The position numbers and the translations under genes were made by a program. The notes under the pieces were generated by a model that was not told the DNA's origin, did no database searches, and saw only the letters and a program-made list of their open reading frames with translations. Shown here one piece after another: positions 14,537 to 30,332 of a DNA stretch of 64,000 nucleotides (positions are counted from its first letter, which is position 1; each line of letters starts with the position of its first letter). The stretch is taken from contig NC_043009.1 of the NCBI RefSeq assembly GCF_006345805.1, positions 7,750,001 through 7,814,000 on the forward strand, written 5' to 3'. This stretch comes from Octopus sinensis. Its lineage: Eukaryota.

Positions 14537-16568
14537 GCACAGAGTAATGCCTCGCTTAACGTTCAAGATACGTTCCTAGAGATGCAGCCAGCGCAAGACG
14601 AAACAACGTTGAAAGAAGTCATAGTAGCTTAGCATAGAACAGTTTTTTTTTTTTTTTTGCTTTTTCATATGTCTTTTTTAACGGTCATATACATATAAAT
14701 GAAGGTGATGTGCATCACCTAACAACTGAAGAAACGTATGAACAGGCTATCACACCACTCCAAGCTCATATCTTTAAATAGCATCACACGTTTTGGTGTT
14801 AAATATTATAATCTAAATTTGATGACGAAATTAGGAAACGAGTTTAATTAAGGTCTAATGTCATTATAAAATTATTAAACAAGTTACAATAATCAACTTT
14901 AATCACGAGCACACGGTCATGCTCACCATTAATTTAGTTGAAAAACAGCAGTGAGAAATAAAATAGAAAATATTATAACTAGAATTTGAACCAGGCTGTA
15001 GGTTTTTCTTGGCACTTTCGTTGCTTTCCGAAGAATACATCTAATTCAATGCTTTCTCGAGTTTTCTTTCACAGAGCGGTTCACAGTTGCAAGATATCAT
15101 GTGCACATCTCTTTGCTGTTGTGCTCCCATCATTGGTCAATAGAGTAAACTGTGAATGACTAATGATGTTGAGTGACTGTTTGTGCCCTCTGTGCATAAG
15201 TACTAGGCTTCAAAAAATAAGTTCTGAGAGTCGATTTGTTCGAGTAAGACTGTTCAAGGCGGTGCTCCAGCATGACCGCATTCAAATGATAGAAACAAGC
15301 AAAGGAATAAGAATAAAAGAATATATATATACAAATTTGTATGTGTGTGTGTGTGTGTGCGCGTGTGCATGTGTGTGTGTGTGTGTGTGTGTGTGTACAG
15401 GACATCAAAAACGTGAACAAAATGAGAAACGAGAACATAAAAAAAACATAGAAAACGAACTTTTTTTCGAACAACGAAAGAAACAAATAGAGAAACGAGA
15501 CAGACAAAATAAAGAACATTCCCTTCATCAGTTATCCTCTGTTTTATCTATACCGCGTTTCGAAGGTAGAGACAAGACGGGACTTCGTTAAAACAGTCCT
15601 TCCCGCAAAGCAAATTAAATAAAAATTTGGGATTTTTTGCGGAAGGTAGCAAAAACAGGACAGTAAGAACAAAACAGTAAAAAGAAACGGTGAGGGCTGT
15701 TAAGCCAAGACGAGGTGAAGTGGTGAACGCTTGGAAAAACGAGCTTTGAGAAGAGACAAGCAAAAGTACGTCTTGGCTTTAGGAATGAAGTGGAAGAAAG
15801 AAAGATAGATAGCCGTTGGTCACGTGTGAGCAATGAGAGGATGCATAGAAACTTTCATTATTCCATACACCTATCGCACCATTCTTATGTGCCAATATGC
15901 ATAAGCAATGGTTCGTTCGAAACAGCTGTCAAAATAAAATTTATACAAAACTCCTGTTTATTTTCTATTCTTTACTGCGTACTCTGTATTTTCTATTCCT
16001 TGTAAGTATGCTCGTTAAGCCTATTTGTGTTTATCTGTCTTTTCATATCATCTCAACGAGGATTATTCTTAAACTTTCTACGTTAGAGGAATCTGCCCCA
16101 GATTAACGAGTTAAATCTTTAGTTCTCATTTATCTAAGCACTGCTCTGTAGATATACAATGTGTCCATAAATTATCTTTTCAACTTCTATACTTTTAAAA
16201 TCCATATTGTAAAGAGGCTTTATGGACGCCGTATAAGTGTGTGCGCGCGCGTGTGTGTGTGTGTGTCTGTGACTATCTGTCTGTGTATGTGTTTAGGTGT
16301 GTATGTGCGTGTCTGTGAGCGCGTGAGTGTGTGTGAACACCAATGCCACATATTTCGGTTGTTGTGTATGTTACGCTTAAAGAATAAACCACATACACAC
16401 ACATGCATACATATTTATACACATTTATAAAAATATAAATATATTAAACTAATCTTGTCGCAAATTGACGTTGACAATCTTCGGTCCAGTATCGTATTTT
16501 AAAAGTCGGAATTGAATAAAGATCGTTAGTTGACAAACTTGGAAATATCCCTTTAAATATATACTAAA

Positions 16569-18664
<2,096 letters not shown>

Positions 18665-19918
18665 GAAAGTGTAATGACATATACTTATGGATGATTTACA
18701 TTCTTATGTTCTCTGGTGTTGCCTCAGCATGGCCACGGCCTTAAGGCTGAAGCATATAAAAGAATAAAACAATATGTGGCACTATCCCTATCTTACTCTT
18801 TCCACCGTTATAACTATCTAATTGATTCTGTACTCAAATATATTCTTCACGGGTCTTACGAGAAATTCTAAGCAACGACATCTTGAGCTATTCAGCTTCA
18901 ATTCATATCATGTGTACGGAGTGTAAGTATTTAAGTACACACATATGACTATATATGTGTTTGTGTATGTATGTATGTGTATACATATATGTATATATAT
19001 ATATGTAGATATATATTATATATATATATATATAATATATATATATATATTATATATATATATATATAATATATATATTATATATATATATGTATGTATT
19101 TATCTACATATATATATATATATATAATATATATATATATTATATATATATATATACATATATATACATCAATGTACGCCGTGACATAAAAGATTATCAG
19201 GATTTTCTATGATTTTTCTGTCTGTATACACACGCTGGTACGTAGGAATTTATAAAGCTTATCTGTTTATAAATATATACATACATACTTAACTACCTCA
19301 CTATCTCTTTGTAGCTAGCTAGCAAGCTATCTATCTGTCTATCTATCTATTTGTTTCTCTGTCTATCTATTTATCTCATCTATCAAAAGGTGTTTGGGAT
19401 ATCATAAATACCCTTGGATTGCAGTTATCTCCTTCGACACACTCTCGCTGGTCTTCATCACAAACTACTGGCTTTTTGCTTTATCTCGCTTGTGCTTTCT
19501 TTTTCTTTTGCAGCCTTCTGCTGCAACGCCTCACACTGCACCCTACGACACAACACCGACCTGAAACATACTCACCAATCAGTATTAACATGACCACTGC
19601 GTCTTTTCACCTCCCGTTTTTCTCTCTTCTCCTTCGCTTCTCTCCAGCCCAATCGGCACCACGTACAGATAATAAATCATTGATGGACGGCTATTGATTA
19701 TGATGATGGATGCCGATGGTGGCGAGTGGCGAGTAGTGGCGAATAGTATTATGGTCTGTTCGTGTTTATTCTCTAAGATAGCAACTAATATTTCTAACCA
19801 CCCATCGAAAACAAAATGTCTGACGTGATTTGTTGTTGCACGAGAATATAGGAAAGAAAATCACAGAGAGAGATAGACAAAGTGAGAGAAAGAGAGAGAG
19901 AGACAGGGAGAGAGAGAG

Positions 19919-19990
<72 letters not shown>

Positions 19991-20208
19991 CGTGATAGAG
20001 AGAGAGAGGCCACCTGCTGAAGAGGTTTCTATTGGATATATGTATGTTTGTGTGATCATGTGTAACTATATATATATGTGTGTGTGTGTATAGATATGTA
20101 ACTGCCTTATCGACCGTGTGTATGTATATATGTGTGTGTGTATTAAGTATGATACATAGATGGCTGATTTAATGTTGCCTCATTTGTGTACACTGGATGT
20201 ATATGTAT

Positions 20209-20493
20209 AGGCGCAGGCGTGGCTGTTTGTTAAAAAGCTTGATTCCCAAGCACATGGTTCCGGGTTCAGTCCCACTACGGGACACCTTGGTGAAGGGCCT
20301 CTGCTATTCTTTTATTTGTTTCAGTCATTTGACTGCAGCCATGGTGGTGCACCGCCTTTAGTCGAACAAATCGACCCACTACTTATTCTATCGTTCTCTT
20401 TTGCTGAACCGCTAAGTTACGGGGACGTGAACACACCAACATCGGTTGTCAAGCGATGGGTGAGAGGGACAAACACAGACACACAACCATACA

Positions 20494-20566
<73 letters not shown>

Positions 20567-20650
20567 TATATATATATATATAATGTATACGACGGGCTTC
20601 TTTCAGTTTCCGTCTACCAAATGCACTCTCGAGGCTTTGGTCGGCCTCGA
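20209..20650. mobile_element. SINE family A head (+, 20209-20305) fused to a minus-strand family A body (20308-20650)
   Basis: Head ggcgcaggcgtggctg..gacaccttgg is followed directly by the reverse-complemented 3' half. Confidence 0.8.
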
Positions 20651-20659
20651 GTAGAATAA

Positions 20660-21150
20660 CCCAGCATTTCGTATCCTCTCACTGACAATGGCTTTGTCTT
20701 GGGCTATGACTCTTATTTCTCATCGGTACAACCCACCAAAATGCAACAAGTTGCTACTCACAGAATTATGTTTGTTTGGACTTTTGTTTTTTTCTTTTTC
20801 TTTTCTTTTTTTACGTTACCTTGCTATACTGAGTTAAACTTAGAGAGTTAAGGGAGTACAAACAAATTTAATAGTACTCAACTTTAAAGATCACAGATTT
20901 CATTGGTTTGTGTGCTGTGGATATACGAAAATCCATACTGATCTGCATTCTATAGGCAAAGCAAGTTAATGTTCTACTAATCTAAGAACAATTGGGTGGG
21001 GTCCATCTTCTTTGGAAAAGAGAATGTGCCAATACCGCCATATTCCCTTCTTGCAGGAAAAAAAAACTCATCCTTTCATTGTATGTAACAAAATCAGAGA
21101 CTTACAAAATAAAGGCAACAATTTTAGCTGGGACACATACGGCAATATAA
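20660..21150 (+). mobile_element. Possible I-group LINE remnant (RNase H / Zn-knuckle region)
   Basis: THPFIVCNKIRDLQNKGNNFSW resembles RNase H HP....LQ.KG..I.FSW; LISHRYNPPKC resembles the C-terminal PP.C motif; weak. Confidence 0.25.
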
Positions 21151-22360
21151 CTCGCAGGCAGAGGCCCGGGTATCCTTGGACTTTTCACCCATGCATCTTT
21201 TTACCTACAGTGAAGTCTTCTCGCATCAAACAAAACATCACCATTTTCGTGTCACCGCTAAATACAAAAAAAAACTTCTCTAATTTACTAACTTTACTGA
21301 ATATTTTTGGGTTTTTTCTGTTTACTTTTCGTTTTTTTTTTCTTGCCCAATATAGACACCACCACCCACACCCCTTACATCGTTCTTTTGTTTGTGCTTT
21401 GACTTATTTTCTCTATTTATATTTTGATATATTTATTTTATTGTATAGACAACGGTTCTGTTATTCTGTTGTTCTCTCAACGATGCACTCGGAGTGATGT
21501 GGTAGATGTCTCTTGCTATCGTATTCGCCCGTATGTATATATGTATGCATATATGCCTGCGTGTGTGAGTATATATACATATACACATACATACATATAT
21601 ATACATACATAGGGTGGTGATGTATACGTGTGTACATGTGTATGTATACTTATGTATGTCTGAAATTGTCTGATCTATTCACCACAAATGTTTCATTGAA
21701 CAAATCGCTTGGAGGTGTAAACATTTAACTTGTAAAATGTGGAGAGGAAATACTCTGAGCTGAATAATAATCAGAAAACGACATTTTCTAGTGACATAAT
21801 ACAGTTTGAGGCGGAAGCAATCTGACATTGAAAAGGTTAAAAGGTGAAAGTTAACTTTGGCGAAAATGATCTTCACTTCGGTGCAATCCAAATCAGAATA
21901 AACAGCTCTATTGTCCGATTTTACTTTATTTTATTTATTTTATTTTTGTTTTCTATTTATTTTATTTTTGTTGTTTATTTTATTTTATTTCATCTTATCT
22001 TATTTTATTTTATTGGTGATCGATTCTGATGTAAAAGTCCGTGATTTGGTCAACAGTTGTCGTGTGTATTCTTAGTAGTTAAATTGTTAATGTTGTAGCA
22101 GCAGTCGTTGTTGTTGTTTAGCCCCAGGTAATTCTCAACTGAGCAAAACTAAGATCAAAGACGCTCTGGTTGTGACCATCACGTATATTTTGTATATATT
22201 AGAACTACATTGGCCAGTATGCTTTTTTTTCCTTTTATGAGGTATTGAAAAATTGAAAAAGGGAATAATTTGGTTGCAATTTTTAACAGGTTGAACGACT
22301 GCGTAGAGACTCCTCCCTGGTTCCTTAATGTATAAGTTACATAAGCAGACAGACTGATAC

Positions 22361-22440
<80 letters not shown>

Positions 22441-22603
22441 ATAGATAGATTTAGATGCTCGTCATCAAGATAATAATAATGAAAATAATAATAATGGCAA
22501 TACTACCCCAATGTCACTTTGATAGCATGCACTGCTCTCATTCAATAATAATAATAATAATAATAATAATATAATAATAATAATAATAATATAATAAAAT
22601 AAA

Positions 22604-22682
22604 GACCAAAGCCTTGTGAGTGGATTTGGTAGACGGAAACTGAAAGAAGCCCGTCGTATATATGTATATATATATATAATAT

Positions 22683-22715
<33 letters not shown>

Positions 22716-22932
22716 GCGTGTGTGTGTCTGTGTTTGTCCCCTTAGCATTGCTTGACAACCGATGCTGGTGTGTTTATGTCCCCGTTACTTAGCGGTTCGG
22801 CAAAAGAGACCGATAGAATAAGTACTGGGCTTACAAAAGAATAAGTACTGGGGTCGAGTTGCTCGATTAAAGGCGGTGCTCCAGCATGGCCGCAGTCAAA
22901 TGACTGAAACAAGTAAAAGAGAGTAAAAGAGA
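22604..22932 (+). mobile_element. SINE family A, 5'-truncated
   Basis: Homology to other copies. Confidence 0.88.
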
Positions 22933-22964
22933 ATAATAATAGTAATAATAATAATAATAATGAA

Positions 22965-23360
22965 AGAGGGGAAAACTAAACTGTACTCAAGTAATGTATT
23001 CCTTGGAGAAGTTAATATTAAAAGGGGAATCTTCCGTTACTTTTTGTAATTGCATTAATACCCATAACAATGACACTTAGGAAAGTTAAGATGGGTTACC
23101 GATGTGGGAAGAAGGGCCCAAGATTGAACTATCTTTTGTTTAGGGATGACCTGAAATTGTTTGAGAAATCTTAAAAACTGATAGATTCCTTAACCAAAAC
23201 AGCCCAGAAGTGTGGTAGGGGCTTCGGTATGGAATTTAGGATTACCAAATCCTCAGTACTTAATATGAAAAGAGGGAAGAAAGCATCCTGCAGCGGATTG
23301 CGGTTACCATCAGGAGAGACCATGGGTAAACCCGACGGTAGTGGGTATAGATATTTGTCT
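22965..23360 (+). mobile_element. R4/Dong-like non-LTR RT fragment (pseudogene)
   Basis: GEVNIKRGIF..PLLFVIALIP..LNYLLFRDDLKLF..GMEFRITKS..GYRYL; begins right after (AAT)n. Confidence 0.8.
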
Positions 23361-23364
23361 TCTA

Positions 23365-23995
23365 CTGAACCGGGGTCATCCCTTGACCCTAGGGTCACAG
23401 CAGGTCCTCATCTCATGGAGAGTAAACGGCGTAAAATGTGTGCGGAACCTAGCAACACTATTTTCTGAAGTTCTCCCACGTTAACACTGCAAGAGAGTTT
23501 GTTGAGCTGCTTATCAAGGCCCTTTTTAATTAGCCCTAACACTCCAATCACCACTGGTGCTGTGCTGCTTTTCATTCCCCACATCTTGGTCACTTCTATT
23601 TCTAGGTCTTTGTACTTAAATAACTTCTCAACTTCTTTAATGGACACATTTTTCTCTGATAGTACTGTCATATCTATCATTAACCATTTCTTATTCTCCC
23701 CATCTTTGATGATTATGTCCGGTCTGTTTGCCTTGATTTCTTTATCGGTGTTGATTGGCATGTCCCAGGGTACTGTTATATCAGCTTTTCCTGTTACAGC
23801 TTCAGGTTTATGCTGGTTCCATCTTCCTGAAGTTGGAAGCTGGTAGTGTTTATATATCTTCCAATGGATATATTGCGCTATTCTATCGTGTCTATGAATA
23901 TATTCGGTTTTTGCAAGCGGTGTGCATCCAGTTAAGATGTGGTCCACTGTTTCATCCTGCTCTTGACACATTCTGCAGTTCGGGTCAGTGCCATC
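23365..23995 (-). mobile_element. R4/Dong-like non-LTR 3' end: CCHC knuckle plus restriction-like endonuclease
   Basis: ORF 23408-24034: CRMC-x7-HILTGC, RHD, RPDIII, IDMTV, EKLFKY, LQKIVLLGSAHILRR. Confidence 0.9.
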
Positions 23996-24002
23996 GTTCA
24001 TT

Positions 24003-24034
<32 letters not shown>

Positions 24035-24044
24035 TATTATTATT

Positions 24045-24630
24045 ATTGAGTGGGACAGCAGTGCATGCCATTAAAGTGACACTGGGGTACAAATATACGA
24101 AGCCCTATATACCCATCATGACTACTCGTCTGATAAGGGTACACCGGGAACATGTATCACAACCATGTGTGCGTGACATGGCGATCTCATATCACGATAA
24201 ACAGCGCATGATCTTGCAGGTGGGGCCCAGTGAGAATTTTCTTCAGATCGACCAACTCAAATAACCATGAATAAGAGTCGTTTAAGGATGTTGAATGAAC
24301 CACCTATGTTTCCAGAGGTGAATTATTAAAACCCCAATGCATTCCTCTCAACACATGGCTATGATGCTCCCCCACTACTTCTGCTCGTGATCAGAGATGC
24401 AAATATCGTCAGCCACTGAGGGACATGCTTAAATGGTTATGGTCAAACAACTGACAGCTAAATCTGTGGTATTGAGCAGAACATTTGCTGTAGCCTATTT
24501 TTTATACCAAGACAAAACAATGTGCATGATAACAGTTCCAATCAGTTGAGACCAGAAGCCATGAGAGCCACTGCCTGGTACTGTATCAGGGCATTTATTA
24601 TTATTATAACACTTCCAATCAGTTAAGATC
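24045..24630 (-). mobile_element. Dispersed repeat family D with an (AAT)n tail
   Basis: Homologous to 53580-53900 and to the short end at 22495-22545; always abuts (TAA)n. Confidence 0.75.
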
Positions 24631-24978
24631 AGAAAATCATCGTCGTCGTCGTCGTCGTCGCCATGGTGGTGTTCATCGACATTCTCAACCATATGTCAGA
24701 CGAAATATTTGCCGATCAGAACTTGTGAAGTTTGGTATTTAAATACTAAATAATATTGCACTGGTTCCAGATCATCTGATGCCATATGAAGAATTGTCTG
24801 TTACTTTCTTTCTTTATTCATTTACCTAAATTTATTTATCTATTTATTTATTTATAATTCTTTGCGCCTTCCTTATTGATTACAGTATTTTTTTCTTTCT
24901 TAGTTATTGTTAATGATGACGTCATTGCTGTTGTTGTTGTTGCTGTTGTTGTTGTTGTTGTCGTCGTCGTTGTTGTTG

Positions 24979-25010
<32 letters not shown>

Positions 25011-25480
25011 GGTGGTGGTGGTGGTGGTGGTGGTGGTGATGTGGTGGTGGTGTTACTGTTGATGTTCTGATTGTTATTTCCCAGTGCGGTCCACTGACCA
25101 TTTCGCTATCGATGCTACTTGCAGACAGACAGAACATCTCAGCTGACATTTATTGGGCGCCGACCGATCTCACTCTTGATTGTTTCATAAGAACGAAAGG
25201 CAAAGAACCCCGACCTCAGCTGATCTGATTCTCACCACACCACTTCATCTTTTTATATCTTTTTCTTTTATGAATTTCGTTTTTATATATCTTTTTCTTT
25301 TTTTCAGCCATTGGAATATGGCTCCAGTACTTTTTTTCTTTTAAGAATCCATTAATCTCTTTCGCCGAACCGCTATGTTGTACGGACGTAAACAAATCAG
25401 CACTTGTTGTCAAGGGGTGTGGGACAGACAAAATCACAGAGATATACACAGATAGATGGATGGATAGATATAGATGGATG

Positions 25481-25528
<48 letters not shown>

Positions 25529-25574
25529 TAGATAGATAGATAGATAGATAGATTGATTGATTGATTGATTGATT

Positions 25575-25611
<37 letters not shown>

Positions 25612-25736
25612 GTAGGTAGGTAGGTAGGTAGGTAGGTAGGTAGGTAGGTAGGTAGGTAGGTGGATAGTAGTTAGATAGATAGATGGGTAGACAGACATAC
25701 AGCTAGACAGACAGACAGATTAATAGATAGACAGGC

Positions 25737-25829
<93 letters not shown>

Positions 25830-25959
25830 TGTGCGTATATGAATGTATATATGAGTTTGTATGTGTTCTTGCTTTTAGTTTCTTGTAACCTCCAGGGCCA
25901 ACGTCGTTCTGAACCATCGTCTTCAGGGTAGTATAAAACGTCTAAGTTTCCTTAGAACA

Positions 25960-26520
25960 CATCATCATCGTTCGTCTTCAATTTTACCATAACTTTAGTG
26001 CCGTCTGCATATCTGCTGAGTGAGGACGATTTTATATTTTTCAAAGCTGACAGCATTATGATGGACAATTAAGTGTTATTATCTTCGTAATCGTATGTAG
26101 GTGGATAGAAGCGATAACGAGAAGGCTATTAATATAAAAAGGGAAGCGTGTGGGAGACATAGCCGAACACTGAGTTACACATCTGTGATATTATGTGGGA
26201 AGAAGAGAAAGCTGTCGATATATCCTGTAAGGGAACGGTATGACAGGAAATATCCAGTCCATGAGATGATAAGTCAATGTCGCCACATATTCAGTGGATT
26301 CTGCTGGAAAGTTCTTCTGGTAAATTTGCCTTTGCTAATGACTTTGCACAAAAATACTTTTACCGAAGTTTTCAAGGGCGGAAGACCAGTAAACTCTGAC
26401 GTAAGAGAATAAGTCTCTGGTAAATCTTATATTATATTGGTAGTCACCGCGAAGAGAAAAAGAAAGACGTAGAATAAGAAGACGAGAGTCGCTTACAACT
26501 GGTTCCATGATATTTGGAAA
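25960..26520 (-). mobile_element. Old CR1/L2-like RT remnant
   Basis: RCVTQCSAMSPTRFPFYINSL (cf. SGVPQGSVLGP.LF..YIN) and SSSLSRYADGTKV (cf. YADDTK). Confidence 0.6.
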
Positions 26521-26607
26521 AATTCAGAAGTGAACGCAATAAGTTGGTAGCTGGCAGAATCGAAGAAAGAGATAATTCTTTGTGGAATATCGTGTAGGAC
26601 GCCTTGA

Positions 26608-26762
26608 TAGATCGTTAGCTCCTACACGCATTTTTTTCTCTCCTTATTTCTCTCCTTGTTTTTTTTTCTGTGTATCTATTTCTATTCCTGAGCGCTATAC
26701 TAATACAATTGTTTGTTTGTACCTGCCTTCGTCTTTTGTTTATTTTCGTAAACCTTCCCGTT
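26608..26762 (+). mobile_element. Copy of the 12232-12438 element lacking the hammerhead
   Basis: Both flanks align (gttagct.ctacacgcattttt; ttcctgagcgc.atactaatacaattg...cttcccgtta) but the ribozyme segment is absent. Confidence 0.75.
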
Positions 26763-27637
26763 ATAATATAACGTACATATCCTTAAGATGTGACAGGTTC
26801 CGACAGATGGAAAAATATAGAATTCGGTGAAAATAAGTAGACGTGGAATACTTTGGATGTAAATCGTAGGCATGAAAAATTATTATAAATAATCAAACAT
26901 GAATAAAATTAACTACTTCGGTTATAAACTCTTTAAAACATTTATTATCAATTTTATTTAATTATTTGTTACACCATTAAAGAGTTGGACGATTGCACTG
27001 CGTTGGATTTAGTCTTTGCTCTTCGCTCATGTTCGCCACGTTGAATTTACTTAAACCGAACAGAGCAGACGAGGACTAAAATGTCGTCGTCTGTAAAGAA
27101 ATCAGAAAGGAAATCAATTGAATTTTTTTCTCTTTTCATTTTCTTTTTTTTTTTTCTTTTTTCTGGCATCAGGATTTTCAATGAAAGCTAAGAAGACATG
27201 AGTTTTAAACAAGCAAGTTTAAGAATTTTAATATAATTTTAATAAATAGTTTTGATATTCATTTACGAATGAATTATTTTGATATAGTTTAACTGCTACG
27301 TTTGCAAGAGAAAATACTTTTAAAGATATGGTTATTTATGAACATTTTATGTAAAAACCTACCAATTAATGTTTCCATTTATTTAATCTTCAAACTTATC
27401 CCGCATTTCTTCTAAGAATTGTTTGTCTTTTAGAATATCCAAGCAGAAATTTCGTTTGAAATTTTGTTGCACAGTAAACTAAAGATTCTCTTTCATTCAT
27501 TTTTCAAAAGATAAAATGTGTATTTTTATGAATTTTTCTAAATAATAAGTAAAGTTGCATATTTTTCTTTTTGAGACGTCCATCAAATTTCTGCCGTGCA
27601 TACACACATTCACATTCACATATCTGTATGTATGCGT

Positions 27638-27716
<79 letters not shown>

Positions 27717-28477
27717 ATATGTATGATTTATGTATGTATGTATGTAGTGTATGTATGTATGATGCATGCATGCATGATGTGTGTATGTTTGTATATGTAT
27801 ATATACATACATATACATACACACATACATGCATGCATACATACATACATACATATATGTATATATACATACATATATATATATATACATAAATATTCAC
27901 TTACATGCACAAACGCACACATATATAAACACACTCGCACACACATACACACACACATGCGTATGCACGAGAGGTATATATAAATATAAGCGCACACATC
28001 AGAAGTGAATATATTGAAGAGAAACTCAAGAAATAACAACCAAATCTCCCTCAAATCACAACTTAGCATCTTAAAAAGAAAGAGGACACATTAAATATTG
28101 TATTTCTCGATGTTCTACACCTGCATAAGAGACGTGATGGTCACGACCGGAATGTATTTAATCATACATCAGGCCAATTAAATCTAGTCAGTTAAGTTGA
28201 CTAAACAATTCCAAAGATGTGTCCTTGCGAACAGAATAGCTTCCAGTTTTTTTAATGAACAATATTGTTTATATTCCGTCTCTTCGCTTCCTATGACTTA
28301 GTGATTCGACATAGAGAGATCAATAAAATAAATAGAAGGCGGGAATAATTGCTGGGAGCGGGGTTGATATGATTGTCTAAATCCGAAAATTCTTCATTCG
28401 GAAAAACGAGATTAACAACATCTGCAACGACAGAAAGAAAGAAAGAAAGAAAGATGAGTCTGTTAAAGAAAAAGAAG

Positions 28478-29020
<543 letters not shown>

Positions 29021-29110
29021 AAAAAAGATTTTAAAAAACAAATACATATATGTATATATATGTATGTATATATATATATATATACATATTATATATATAT
29101 ATATATATGT

Positions 29111-29171
<61 letters not shown>

Positions 29172-29172
29172 G

Positions 29173-29210
<38 letters not shown>

Positions 29211-29235
29211 ATATATATATATATTAGATATATAT

Positions 29236-29269
<34 letters not shown>

Positions 29270-30332
29270 CATATATATATACATATATATATATATAGGT
29301 GCAGGAGTGGCTGTGTGGTATAGCCTCGGGCCGACCAAAGCCTTGTGAGTGGATTTGGTAGACGGAAACCAACCAATTCACAGAAAGTCAATGTAAAAAG
29401 GGAAAACAGATTAGGTTTATCCGTGAAAAGAAAAGCCTACGGAAACACCACGGTAACCTTGGGCAAGAATGTCATACAAAAAGCACATTCAGTAAATGTC
29501 TCTCTTTTTTCCTTTCTTTTTTTCGTTCATAGGATCATGCTCAAGGTGGCTTCGTCATTCATACATGCCATCCTTGCTACATTCACCCCTCTTTTTTTTA
29601 AAAACATTCGCTAGACAAACTTGCCTCTTTACTCTCACTTTCCTCTTCAAGTGATACTTGAAGAAGTAGATGAGAGGTTGACCAGAGAGGAATGTGTTTG
29701 TCTCCAATCCTTTCAGATGCGTCCACCAGATACATTCTTTCGCCATAGTTGGTGGTGGTCGTGGCAGAGTTGTCCGTAGTAGTCGTTGACTGTGAAGGTG
29801 TCGTCTGGGTTCTTCCAATTCTTCGTGTGTCGGCGTCCATGCTCGCACCTGCACCTGTCTCGCTCCTCCCCTTCTTTCCCTCCCTCGTGAAGCAGTGGGA
29901 AAGGGGAGGGTAGTGAAATCAACGTCGTAAGCGTTGTCAAGGAGACCACCGTTCTTCTCGAAGAACGACTTCATGCCTTTGAAGTCGCCATGCTCAAAGC
30001 AGAAAATGGCTAGGAAAGCCGAAGACGAATTTACAAAATGGGGAAACACGCCACACAAAGGCAGGTTTCCCGTGCAAAGAATTGGCACAACCGAATGCAT
30101 TTATTAGTTGTTGCACAATAGACGTCATTGATTAGTTGAAATTGCAGAAGAAAAAACAGCAAATATCTTAGAAACTCTAGAATTTTCTGAATAAAGCCAA
30201 GAGAAAAAAATGTTTTATTTTGACAGATTCTACAAGTATAGGAAGTTTAAAATGTTTTTGAGAAGAACGGTGGTCTCCTTGACAACGCTTGACAGGTGCA
30301 GGTGTGAGCCTGGACGCCGACACACGGAAAAT

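Noticed and set aside
14538-14620. Pogo/Tigger-like terminus cagagtaatgcctcgcttaacg
   Set aside because: No matching second TIR found
25895-25930. Minus-strand CTGAAGA-CGATGG..ACGTTGG
   Set aside because: No GAAA or closing stem; too degenerate
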